Below are positions 20,663 to 30,271 of a DNA stretch of 46,650 bases, in pieces (position 1 is the first letter of the stretch; each line of letters opens with the position of its first letter). The notes under the pieces are model-generated. The model worked only from the letters and a program-made list of their open reading frames with translations. It was not told the DNA's origin and did no database searches. The position numbers were made by a program, and so were the translations under genes. This stretch comes from a virus (lineage: Duplodnaviria > Caudoviricetes): IMG/VR virus record IMGVR_UViG_3300025429_000029, positions 1 through 46,650 of that record. One strand, 5' to 3'.

Positions 20663-21395
20663 AGGTTGTATCATATTTGCATACAACACAGATACTACTG
20701 ACTATTTTAGTCAAGCAGTTGCTGCTGCTGATAGGGTAGAGCATTATCTTAACATACCTACGACAATTATTACGAATAAAGCAAGTGAATGTAAACACAA
20801 TGTCATAATTGCAGAAACACCAAAAACTAATTATAAACTAAAAAAACTTTGGCTTAATCGTGGCCGCACTCAAGCATTTGAACTAACTCCTTATAATAAA
20901 ACGCTAGTAATTGATAGTGATTATTTTTTATGCACTGATAATTTAAAATATCATTTGCGCAGTCCTAAACCATTTTTAATAGCAAGTGAAGTTTATGAAC
21001 CACTTACTGGCAAGCGTGTAGTCTATAATCTTGGTAAAACGCAAATACTTATGATGTGGGCAACCGTGATGATATTTGATAAAAGTGATGAAGCACGCAA
21101 TATATTTGCGTGTGCAAGTTATGTTGAAAAACACTACAATTATTATAGTGATTTTTATAGTTTTAAGCGACATCCAATACGCAATGATTATATCTTTACA
21201 ATAGCATGTCATCTTATGAGCGGATATAGCAGCAAATCTTATGCATTAAAAAACTATCCACTTGTAAATTGTTATGATATGGCTTATAATAGTTGGAATA
21301 ATAATAAATTAATTTACAAATACGATAACGGTAAAGTTTATGGCAATCGTCTACAAAATATAGATTTGCATCTTATGAACAAGGATCAATTATGA
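20646..21395 (+). CDS. Putative glycosyltransferase (GT-A fold)
   Basis: KGCIIFAYN..DY, TPYNKTLVIDSDY (DxD), WATVMIF and RNDY; ATG 20646 preferred over TTG 20610. Confidence 0.7.
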   Translation: MPNNSKGCIIFAYNTDTTDYFSQAVAAADRVEHYLNIPTTIITNKASECKHNVIIAETPKTNYKLKKLWLNRGRTQAFELTPYNKTLVIDSDYFLCTDNLKYHLRSPKPFLIASEVYEPLTGKRVVYNLGKTQILMMWATVMIFDKSDEARNIFACASYVEKHYNYYSDFYSFKRHPIRNDYIFTIACHLMSGYSSKSYALKNYPLVNCYDMAYNSWNNNKLIYKYDNGKVYGNRLQNIDLHLMNKDQL

Positions 21396-22237
21396 GTCGG
21401 GGATTTTTATGTATTGCACAGAATAGCAGTGAAACCGATTACTTGCGCATGGCATATCTACAAGCATTAAGTTGCAAAATAACACAATATGCACATCGAA
21501 ATAGTTTTAGTGTTATTGTTGACCGTGAAACTGCTGATTGTCTTCAACAAAAACATATTGATATATTTGATAATATAATTGTTTTAAAAAACGATCTTGC
21601 ACAAAACAGCAAGATTAAAATGCAAAATGAATGTCAAGTTTTTAATTACAGTCCGTATAAACAAACAATTAAAACCGAAGCAGATATGCTTTTTACGTCT
21701 AATTATGAATTTATTTGGGATTCTTGGGCTTTTGACAAGTTTCATTTTTGCACACATGTTTATACATATGATGGACATTTAATTAAAGACCGTAGTCAGC
21801 GTCAATTGTTTGATGATAGTCTATTACCTGATGTGTATAGTGCTTGGACATACTTTACATATGACTTGGAGTGTAAAGAATTTTATGATACAATGCATTT
21901 AATTATAGATGATTGGGATTATTATCGTGACAGTTATCTTGTAAATTGTCGCTATGATGAACCACGAACCGATGAAGTATATGCGCTTGCTTGTAAAATA
22001 TTAGATATACCTTATAAAGGAAGTGGTTATGGTTTCTTACATATGAAACCAAAATTACAAAGACTTGGGTCACAACAGTCATGGACTGAACAGTTAGATT
22101 TAGATATCAACGCAGAATTAAATGTAACTATTGGTGGTTATAGACAAAATAAACCGCTGCATTATGTAGAAAAAGATTTTGTTACAGACGAATTACTTGA
22201 TAGATATGAATATGGATATAAGCGAAAAAGAGATTAG
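21392..22237 (+). CDS. Putative glycosyltransferase (GT-A fold), paralog of the upstream gene
   Basis: RGFLCIAQN..DY, SPYKQTIKTEADML (ExD), TDEVYAL, HMKP and HYVEK. Confidence 0.7.
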   Translation: MSRGFLCIAQNSSETDYLRMAYLQALSCKITQYAHRNSFSVIVDRETADCLQQKHIDIFDNIIVLKNDLAQNSKIKMQNECQVFNYSPYKQTIKTEADMLFTSNYEFIWDSWAFDKFHFCTHVYTYDGHLIKDRSQRQLFDDSLLPDVYSAWTYFTYDLECKEFYDTMHLIIDDWDYYRDSYLVNCRYDEPRTDEVYALACKILDIPYKGSGYGFLHMKPKLQRLGSQQSWTEQLDLDINAELNVTIGGYRQNKPLHYVEKDFVTDELLDRYEYGYKRKRD

Positions 22238-22436
22238 GGCTTGGTGGGATGATTTTGAGCGCGAACTTGCTACTATGGTCAAACCAAATGATCCAAGTCC
22301 ATCACCAAAACCAAAATTAGAAACACCCAAACCACCTTCTTGGAAGGCTGGCAACACATATTATACGCTTGCAAATGATCGTCAGTTTCCCGTAGACGCA
22401 GAACATCCAAAGGCAATAGGTTGGAATTATGACTGA
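22206..22436 (+). CDS. Hypothetical protein (Pro-rich linker)
   Basis: Fills the gap between genes with overlaps at both ends; ATG at 22206 or 22212. Confidence 0.55.
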   Translation: MNMDISEKEIRAWWDDFERELATMVKPNDPSPSPKPKLETPKPPSWKAGNTYYTLANDRQFPVDAEHPKAIGWNYD

Positions 22437-23367
22437 ATTAATTGATATTAGTGAATTAGATTGTATTTTTTTAAGTTATAAAGAACCAAATGCAGATGCT
22501 AACTTTGCATATTTGCGTTCGTTTGCACCTTGGGCAAAGCGGGTTGATGGTATAGAAGGCAGTGATGCTGCACATAAAGCAGCGGCTGCTGCGAGTGAGA
22601 CAGAACGTTTTATTCTTATAGACGCTGACAACCAACCCAATCCAGAATTTTTCAATCAGCAATTACGCATTAACCAAACAAATGACCGTTGCGTTTTCCG
22701 TTGGCGAGCCAAAAATATCATTAATGGGCTATGTTATGGAAATGGTGGAATTAGCAGTTGGACAAAAACATTTGTTAATAATATGCGCACCCACGAAGCA
22801 ACTGATGGCAGTGACCATACTGCTGTTGAATTTTGCTTTGATGCAGATTATTGGGCCATGCATGATGTGTGGAGCACCACACTACCAAATGCATCACCAC
22901 AGCAAGCATGGCAAGCAGGATTTCGTGAAGGTGTTAAACTGTGTTTAGATCGTGGTCGTCGCCCTACACCAGAAGAATTTGAAAGTGCTACTTGGCATGG
23001 TAATCGTTCAAACCTTGTTATTTGGACAACGGTTGGTGCGGATGTTGAGTTTGGCAAATGGGCAATAATGGGTGCTAGACAAGGTGCTTATATGACTATG
23101 TTTGTTGATGAATGGGATTATCGTGAAGTACGTGATTTTAAAAAACTTGATGACGTATGGCAATATACGGCGGATGATGGTTTACAACGTAGCGAAAATT
23201 ATGCAAATATATTGCGTAAACGTTTAAATCTTGATATTATAAGCATGTCTCCTGAACAAAGTGCTTGGTATAAAAAGCATCAGCGAGCATATCAGAATAT
23301 TGATATTATGTTACCAGAAAGAGATGTAGGAAATGTCATCAGAAGCGCGGCTAGACAACTCTGGTGA
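22429..23367 (+). CDS. Putative glycosyltransferase-like protein
   Basis: FLSYKEPNAD, RVDGIEGSDAAHKAAA, FILIDADN (DxD), YGNGG and AWQAGFREGVKL. Confidence 0.65.
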   Translation: MTELIDISELDCIFLSYKEPNADANFAYLRSFAPWAKRVDGIEGSDAAHKAAAAASETERFILIDADNQPNPEFFNQQLRINQTNDRCVFRWRAKNIINGLCYGNGGISSWTKTFVNNMRTHEATDGSDHTAVEFCFDADYWAMHDVWSTTLPNASPQQAWQAGFREGVKLCLDRGRRPTPEEFESATWHGNRSNLVIWTTVGADVEFGKWAIMGARQGAYMTMFVDEWDYREVRDFKKLDDVWQYTADDGLQRSENYANILRKRLNLDIISMSPEQSAWYKKHQRAYQNIDIMLPERDVGNVIRSAARQLW

Positions 23368-24769
23368 TATTGCCACAGTTAAAGAAGATAAAACTTTAAA
23401 GAGTGATTTCTTAACTACTGCTGAACAAATGCAACAAAAACTTGGACCTGCTCTTTGCATTGCAAAGTGGCAGCAAACCAGTTTGCACCTAACAACTGGT
23501 CATACCAATAGTTGCTATCACCCGCCATTACATAGGATTGATGCTAATGAGTTACAAGATAACCCCAGTGCGCTCCATAACACCATACATAAAAAGAACC
23601 AGAGAGCACGAATGCTTGGTGGAGAGAAGCCAGAAGAATGTTCATATTGCTGGCGAGTTGAAGCCACGGGAAACTTATCCGACCGACATTACAGATCGGG
23701 GGAACCTTGGGCTGCTGAGAAGTTTAGCGAGATTTTGGTTCAAGACCCACTAACGTGGAATCCAAACCCAAGTTATGTTGAAGTAAATTTTAATAGTGCA
23801 TGTAATTTAAGTTGTTCATATTGCAGTCCACAGTTTAGTAGTTCGTGGATGAAGGAGATAAATGATCTGGGTGCTTATCCTACCTCTAATAGTCATAATA
23901 GTTCTGCTTATTTTCGGGGTGATCGTAAACCTATACCGAATCGTGAAAATAATCCTTATGTTGATGCGTTCTGGCGATGGTGGCCCGAACTCTACCCTAA
24001 CCTAAAACATTTTCGTATGACAGGTGGCGAACCACTTATGGATCGTAATACCTATCGTGTATTTGATTTTGTGATAGAGAATCCAAAGAAAGATTTACAT
24101 CTTAATGTAACTTCAAACTTTAGCCAAGATGAATATGTGTTTGACAAGTATCTAACTTATGTTAAACACATGTGTGGTAACCATGTGCTAGAGCATTTCA
24201 TGCAGTTTGTCTCTATCGACGGATACGGAGAACGTGCTGAATATGCTCGCCATGGTCTTGATTTCAAACTTATGCAACGAAATGTTGAACGTTTCTTGGA
24301 AGAAGTTCCAAGCCGTAATAGCGTGACGTTTATTATTACGATGAATGCGCTCAACATTACAAGTTTGCAAGAACTCATGGAATGGATTCTACAACTTCGT
24401 GCCAAGTATAGCAAGACCTATCAACGTATTTGGTTTGATACGCCAATATTGCGTGAACCCGCATGGCAGTGTATTGATATCTTACCGCAAAGTTATGCTT
24501 GGTTCTTGCAAAATATTGTTGGTTGGATGCAACCACAGATTGAAACAGTTGCTACAAGATTTAATGGGTTTAAGGATTATGAAATTGCTAAACTTCAACG
24601 TGTTGTAGATTGGATGCACGAGCATCACCGTGAAGATAAAATAGCTGCGGCAGATTTCTATCGCTTCTTTAGCGAACATGATGCTCGCCGTAAAACAAAT
24701 TTTCTTGAAACATTTCCAGAGATGAGTGATTGGTATAACAACTGTAAGTATTGGGCAGATAATCTATGA
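23333..24769 (+). CDS. Radical SAM protein with N-terminal twitch-like Cys domain
   Basis: CNLSCSYC (Cx3Cx2C) and TGGEP; N-terminal CIAKW..SCYHP..ECSYCW. Confidence 0.9.
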   Translation: MSSEARLDNSGDIATVKEDKTLKSDFLTTAEQMQQKLGPALCIAKWQQTSLHLTTGHTNSCYHPPLHRIDANELQDNPSALHNTIHKKNQRARMLGGEKPEECSYCWRVEATGNLSDRHYRSGEPWAAEKFSEILVQDPLTWNPNPSYVEVNFNSACNLSCSYCSPQFSSSWMKEINDLGAYPTSNSHNSSAYFRGDRKPIPNRENNPYVDAFWRWWPELYPNLKHFRMTGGEPLMDRNTYRVFDFVIENPKKDLHLNVTSNFSQDEYVFDKYLTYVKHMCGNHVLEHFMQFVSIDGYGERAEYARHGLDFKLMQRNVERFLEEVPSRNSVTFIITMNALNITSLQELMEWILQLRAKYSKTYQRIWFDTPILREPAWQCIDILPQSYAWFLQNIVGWMQPQIETVATRFNGFKDYEIAKLQRVVDWMHEHHREDKIAAADFYRFFSEHDARRKTNFLETFPEMSDWYNNCKYWADNL

Positions 24770-25791
24770 ATTTTCCAATATGGCACTGGCATATTGAAAA
24801 TAGTAGTATCTGCAGTCTTCGTTGCCCACGCTGTCCACGTGCTGAAATACCTGATACGCTGGTTCAAACCAGTCTTGGTTTAGATTTCTTTAAGAAAAAT
24901 TTCAATCCTAATTTCTTAAAAGATGTTTGGCAGATAAGTTTTTGCGGAGATGATGGCGATCCAATTTATGGCAAAGAATTTTTAGAAATTATTGAATATC
25001 TTAAAACTATAAAACCTAACTTAAGTCTTCGCATCATTACTAATGGCAGTCATCGCAAAGAAGGATGGTGGAAAAAACTTGCCGTAAATCTAAACCAATA
25101 TGATGAAATTCATTTTAGTTTAGATGGTTGGGATCAAAGTAGCAATGAAAAATATCGTATTAATAGTGATTGGAATAGTATAGAAACTGCTGTTGCAACA
25201 GTGCGTGATACTAGCAAAGTAATAATGACTTGGGCAGCTATCGCTTTTAAGTTTAACCAATATGATATTATGACTATGAAAGATTTGGCTGTTAAGTTTG
25301 GGTTTGATATATTTCAACTTACATACAGTACCAAGTTTGGCAGTAAGTATCCTAACTACAACATAAATGGCAACGATAATTTAGAACCAAGTGAACAATA
25401 TATCGCTAAAGGACATCGTTTTACTCGTCAACTAATCAATCTCACCAACAGAAAATTGCTAGACAATGGCAAGAATTTAATCAATACAGAACTATACACT
25501 AACATCAATCGTGATGGTAATGTTATTCCACTCTGCAAAATTGGCAATAAAGGTCTTTATATAAGCAGTGATGGATATTTTTATCCATGCTGTTGGATGG
25601 CAAATAGATATAATCACACTCTTTGGCAAGAATTTCGCAAACCACAATATAGTTTGCATAACAAAACAATTGATGATATAATAAACGATGATATGTGGAA
25701 TAACTTCTTTGGTAACTTGCATAATTATGATGAGTGCAATTCCAAGTGTTGTTCCTCTAATTTTAATAAAGGATATGCTACATCTTGGTAA
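24766..25791 (+). CDS. Radical SAM protein with C-terminal SPASM/twitch domain
   Basis: CSLRCPRC, FCGDDGDP, TNGS and FSLDG; C-terminal LC..YISSDGYFYPCCW..ECNSKC. Confidence 0.9.
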   Translation: MNFPIWHWHIENSSICSLRCPRCPRAEIPDTLVQTSLGLDFFKKNFNPNFLKDVWQISFCGDDGDPIYGKEFLEIIEYLKTIKPNLSLRIITNGSHRKEGWWKKLAVNLNQYDEIHFSLDGWDQSSNEKYRINSDWNSIETAVATVRDTSKVIMTWAAIAFKFNQYDIMTMKDLAVKFGFDIFQLTYSTKFGSKYPNYNINGNDNLEPSEQYIAKGHRFTRQLINLTNRKLLDNGKNLINTELYTNINRDGNVIPLCKIGNKGLYISSDGYFYPCCWMANRYNHTLWQEFRKPQYSLHNKTIDDIINDDMWNNFFGNLHNYDECNSKCCSSNFNKGYATSW

Positions 25792-27146
25792 GAAGTAAAA
25801 AACCAGAAGAATCCTATCTAGAATATAAACAACGAGTGTTGGATACCAAGAGTGCATCATTTTGCGGTGCTAAGTGGTATAATGCTACTATCTGGTTAGG
25901 CAGTGGTCAAACTACCAGTTGTCACCATCCGTTACCTCATCGGGTAACAGTGGAACAGGTATTAGCCAATCCTTCTGCTCTTCACAATACACTACAAAAG
26001 AAACAACAACGATTACAAATGCAAAAAGGAGAACGTCCAAGTGGATGTGAATATTGTTGGCGTATTGAAGACTCTTCAACAACTGCCATCAGCGACCGTC
26101 TTTACAAAAGTATGATATATAGTGAAGAAGAATTAAACACAGCATTTCAATTACCGAGTGATACTGACGTAAACCTTCGCACACTGGAGATAGCATTTGA
26201 TCGCACTTGTAATTTTGCTTGTAGTTATTGTAATCCCGCTTTTAGTACTACTTGGGTTAAAGACATTAAAGTCAATGGACCATACAATAATTTGGTTAGT
26301 GATGGTCGCAATCATTTTACCCATTTACATGATTCTTCTCAGTTATATGGGTTTACTGATACCAATCCATATGTAGAAGCCTTTTTTAAGTGGTGGGAAA
26401 GTGATCTTCATAAAACACTTCGAGAATTGCGCATAACTGGTGGCGAGCCACTTATGAGTGGTCACACTTGGAAATTACTTGATTGGTTCAAAGAAAATCA
26501 TGGTAAAAGTAAAACTAAGTTAGCCATTAATAGCAATCTAGGTATGGATAATAAAAAATTAAATGAGTTTATTGAAGTTGTTAGCAATATACCACACGTT
26601 GAGGTTTACACAAGTTGCGAGGCTTTTGGAGAACAAGCAGAATATATACGTGATGGTTTAAGTTATAAACAGTGGTTTGATAATTTAGTTTCTTTGCATA
26701 GTAGCGGAGCAATTAAACAACTGCATGTTATGGCAACAATTAATGGATTGTGTTTATTATCATTACCTAATTTTCTAAAACACCTAATGGATTTTAAGAT
26801 AGGTCGTGGTAAAAACTCACTTACTTTTACCTTAAATATCTTACGCTTTCCTAGTTTTCAAAGTCCAACAGTCATGCCCTATGGGATACGTGAAGAATGT
26901 GCAGTTGAATTGCAAAATTTTTTGGCAAGTTATGAACACACAAATTACTTGCACGAAATGGAAATCGAACACGTTAAGCGATTGATTGAATATCTTAGAA
27001 AAGAACAAACACCACACGAAGGTGCAAGTCATCATGATTTATTAGAACAGGATTTCAAAACTTTTTACGAGCAATATGATGTTCGTCGTAATAAAGATTT
27101 TATAGAAACATTTCCAGATTTAGAGGATTGGTATAATGGCATATAA
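25785..27146 (+). CDS. Radical SAM protein with N-terminal twitch-like Cys domain
   Basis: CNFACSYC and TGGEP; N-terminal CGAKW..SCHHP..GCEYCW; paralog of 23333. Confidence 0.9.
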   Translation: MVRSKKPEESYLEYKQRVLDTKSASFCGAKWYNATIWLGSGQTTSCHHPLPHRVTVEQVLANPSALHNTLQKKQQRLQMQKGERPSGCEYCWRIEDSSTTAISDRLYKSMIYSEEELNTAFQLPSDTDVNLRTLEIAFDRTCNFACSYCNPAFSTTWVKDIKVNGPYNNLVSDGRNHFTHLHDSSQLYGFTDTNPYVEAFFKWWESDLHKTLRELRITGGEPLMSGHTWKLLDWFKENHGKSKTKLAINSNLGMDNKKLNEFIEVVSNIPHVEVYTSCEAFGEQAEYIRDGLSYKQWFDNLVSLHSSGAIKQLHVMATINGLCLLSLPNFLKHLMDFKIGRGKNSLTFTLNILRFPSFQSPTVMPYGIREECAVELQNFLASYEHTNYLHEMEIEHVKRLIEYLRKEQTPHEGASHHDLLEQDFKTFYEQYDVRRNKDFIETFPDLEDWYNGI

Positions 27147-28431
27147 TTATAACGGCAAAGAACCACTTAAAACACCTCTTAAAAAATTATCTGAAAAACA
27201 CCAAGATTTAATTATGAAGAATCCTAGTTTCTGCATATATCCTTGGATACATTTATATTCACATCCTACTGGTGAAGCGTATAATTGTTGCAATATTCCT
27301 CATGAACACGCAATTGGAAATACAAAAAAACAATCTTTGGAAGAAATATGGAAAAGTCCAGAGATGCAGACCGTAAGACAAAAGATGCTATCTGGCGAAA
27401 AAATTCCAAGTTGTAGACGCTGCTATGAACAAGAAGAAAATGGATTTTTTAGTCTGCGGTTAAGTGCTAATAAACATTTTGGTCATCACATCGCACTTAC
27501 GGATGATCCTGATCCACCTATGAAACTTGTTTATTGGGATATTCGTTTTTCTAACTTATGTAATTTGCGATGCCGAACATGCGGTCATTTTTTCAGTTCA
27601 AACTGGTATGATGATCAAGCAAAAATAATTGAAGATGAAAAGGGCAAGGGTTGGGATAAAGTTTGGAAGAAAAACAATCAGCGTATCAACTTTTCAGGTA
27701 GGTCAGAAGACGATATATGGAATCAACTAGAACAGCAAATTGATAATCTTGAACAAGTATATTTTGCTGGTGGCGAACCATTAATTATGGAAGAACACTA
27801 TCGTCTGCTTAATGAATTAATTGCACGTGGTCTCACGAATGTTAAACTTATATACAATACCAATTTTAGCCAACTTACCTACAAAAAGACAAATGTGTTA
27901 GAACTTTGGAAACAGTTTAAGAGTGTAAGTGTTGGAGCAAGCCTTGATGCTATGGGACCACGAGCAGAGTATATACGCAAAGGAACTGAATGGTCAGAAG
28001 TAGAAAAAAATAGAGAAGAAATGTTGAAAATCTGCCCAACGGTTGATTTTTATATTAGTCCTACTTTAAGTATTATGAATGCGCATCATATAACTGATTT
28101 TCATCGTGATTGGGTTGAAAAAGGTTTATTAAAACCACAGGACTTAAATATTAATATTCTTCAAGACCCACCACATTATCGTATAGATACACTTCCATAT
28201 GAATATAAGTTAGATATTCAAGAAAAATATGTCGAACATATCGAATGGTTGCGACCACTAGATAGTTTGAGACGCGCTACCATTGGTTTTGAAAGTGCAA
28301 TCAAATTTATGATGGCTGATGATAAAACTAATTTATTGCCACTATTCAAATCAAAAACTGACCAATTAGATAGAATACGTAATGAACATATATTAAATTA
28401 TATACCTGAGTTGAGTTGCATTTATGAATGA
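27136..28431 (+). CDS. Radical SAM protein with N-terminal twitch domain
   Basis: CNLRCRTC, AGGEP and YNTN; N-terminal CIYPW..NCC..IGN..CRRC. Confidence 0.9.
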   Translation: MAYNYNGKEPLKTPLKKLSEKHQDLIMKNPSFCIYPWIHLYSHPTGEAYNCCNIPHEHAIGNTKKQSLEEIWKSPEMQTVRQKMLSGEKIPSCRRCYEQEENGFFSLRLSANKHFGHHIALTDDPDPPMKLVYWDIRFSNLCNLRCRTCGHFFSSNWYDDQAKIIEDEKGKGWDKVWKKNNQRINFSGRSEDDIWNQLEQQIDNLEQVYFAGGEPLIMEEHYRLLNELIARGLTNVKLIYNTNFSQLTYKKTNVLELWKQFKSVSVGASLDAMGPRAEYIRKGTEWSEVEKNREEMLKICPTVDFYISPTLSIMNAHHITDFHRDWVEKGLLKPQDLNINILQDPPHYRIDTLPYEYKLDIQEKYVEHIEWLRPLDSLRRATIGFESAIKFMMADDKTNLLPLFKSKTDQLDRIRNEHILNYIPELSCIYE

Positions 28432-29590
28432 TAATTTTTGCATATTGCCATTTGTAAGTATTGAAGCAGACCCTATGGGTAAATGCAAGGTATGTTGTTT
28501 AAGTTATGAAACGATTCCAAATGTTGATCTTAAAACAAATACACTTACAGAAGCATTTAATAGTCCATATATGGATGACCTTCGTATGAGTTTTCTTAAT
28601 GGTGAAAAACCAGAGGGATGTGCCCGTTGCTGGAATGAGGAAGCAAGTGGCAGAACCAGTAAGCGCATGCATAGCGCAGTTCGACTTAATAAAATAATTG
28701 CAGACACAAAATTTAGTAGTCCGCATGATGCAAAACTTATGTTTCTTGATCTTAAATTAGGAAATATTTGTAATTTAAAATGTAGAATATGTGGCAGTTT
28801 TAGTAGTTCTAAATGGGCGCAAGAAGAAATTGATATCTATCCTGAAAACCAAACTGCAAGAGACAACCTTGTAAATGGACGCTGGCCTCGTGAGTCAAAA
28901 AACTTTTGGGAAGACCTAACTCAATTGCTTGCAAATACAAAATATTTTGAGTTTACTGGCGGTGAGCCTTTTCTTATTGATGAGCATTTTGATTTGCTTG
29001 CAATTGCAGTTGAATTTGGATATGCAAGCAATATTGAAATCCACTATAATACTAACACTACAACATTTCCAACTCGTGGGTTAGAACTTTGGCCACATTT
29101 CAAGTTAGTTGAAATTGCTTTTTCCATAGATGATATAGGTCCACGATTTGAATATCAACGCTATGGTGCTAATTGGAATAAGAGCATGGAAAATCTACAA
29201 AGATTCAAAGATTTTCGCAAACAGAATAAGAATATCAAACTGCAATTATGTTTGACAACTAATGTTCAAAATTTTTATTATATAGATGAAATGTGTGAGT
29301 GGATTCCAAAACAAAGATTTGATTATGTATATTTTAATGTCTTGCATGATAGTTGGTATTTTAATATTTCTCGCTTAAACCATGAAGCAAAACAGTTAAT
29401 ATATGAGAAGCATAAAAACTATGCAGGTCCATTTAGCAACGAGATTCAAAATCTATTGCAGTTTATGATGCAAGGTGAAGATAGCGATTGCACAGATTTG
29501 GTCAAACAACTAACAAATAGTGATGCGCAACGCAGTCAAAAGTTTAGCGATCACCATAGTGAGATAGCAGCGGTAATCGGTTATGAATGA
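28424..29590 (+). CDS. Radical SAM protein with N-terminal twitch domain
   Basis: CNLKCRIC, TGGEP and YNTN; N-terminal CILPF..VCC..CARC. Confidence 0.9.
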   Translation: MNDNFCILPFVSIEADPMGKCKVCCLSYETIPNVDLKTNTLTEAFNSPYMDDLRMSFLNGEKPEGCARCWNEEASGRTSKRMHSAVRLNKIIADTKFSSPHDAKLMFLDLKLGNICNLKCRICGSFSSSKWAQEEIDIYPENQTARDNLVNGRWPRESKNFWEDLTQLLANTKYFEFTGGEPFLIDEHFDLLAIAVEFGYASNIEIHYNTNTTTFPTRGLELWPHFKLVEIAFSIDDIGPRFEYQRYGANWNKSMENLQRFKDFRKQNKNIKLQLCLTTNVQNFYYIDEMCEWIPKQRFDYVYFNVLHDSWYFNISRLNHEAKQLIYEKHKNYAGPFSNEIQNLLQFMMQGEDSDCTDLVKQLTNSDAQRSQKFSDHHSEIAAVIGYE

Positions 29591-29591
29591 T

Positions 29592-30200
29592 TTATTTTTT
29601 ATTCCACGGTATTTTTCCAAAGTTTGGATTTTTATCTCCTCGTTTGCTTTCACTTAACTTTCTTTTGTGTTCTTCTGATAATTTTCTACCCTTTCTAGAA
29701 ATTGACATTTTATTTTTTGCCTCATCGGTGTGTGGAACTCCAACATTCCATGCTTTATGCCCCTTCAATTTATTTCCAATCTCTGCTAATTTTTGATTAG
29801 TTTCTTTTGTCTGTCCTCTATTCCATGCAGTTTTTCCAAACATTGGATTATTTTTTCCTTTGCTCGCATTGCTGAGTTTTTCTCTTGTTTCTTCCTTGAC
29901 AATAATTTTACTTCTACCATCGCCCCCACTTGTCATGTTTAATAAACGACCAGTCCCAAGGTCTTCTCGTCCATAAAAATCAATCAACAATATTTCTATA
30001 TTATATGCTTGATTTTCTGTAAGATTTTGATATAATATTATTATTCTATTTTTGTCTTTGGGGGCAGAAACTCTTCTGCCGTGTGTTGCAAATGCTCTTT
30101 TACCAATGCCTTTGCCAATATAATATGGAGTTAAATCAGTTTCTCGTAAAAACGCATAGACATAATAATTTTGTGGGAATTGTTGGGTATTAAATACCAT
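29592..30200 (-). mobile_element. Free-standing GIY-YIG homing endonuclease with NUMOD3 repeats
   Basis: YYVYAF..PYYIGKG..RA, E..LI..YGR and LLNMT.GGDG; NUMOD3-type repeats (EETREKLS, HTDEAKNKMS, SEEHKRKLS, NPMFGK.AWN). Inverted relative to its neighbours. Start ATG 30200 lies downstream of AAAGGA. Confidence 0.85.
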
Positions 30201-30263
30201 TGCTGTGTTCCTTTTCAACATAGAGTAGGCGGGATTGCAGTCCGTGGCCTACACTATTATTTA
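30201..30263 (-). promoter_or_regulatory. Late promoter and structured leader of the endonuclease
   Basis: TAAATA (30263-30258), then stem GTAGGC/GCCTAC (30252-47 with 30230-25), then an imperfect stem with the SD in its loop. Confidence 0.55.
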
Positions 30264-30271
30264 GGCAAATA

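Noticed and set aside
29592-30263. Group I intron containing the endonuclease
   Set aside because: The flanking radical SAM genes are each complete, the endonuclease is antisense to them, and there is no room for a ribozyme core.
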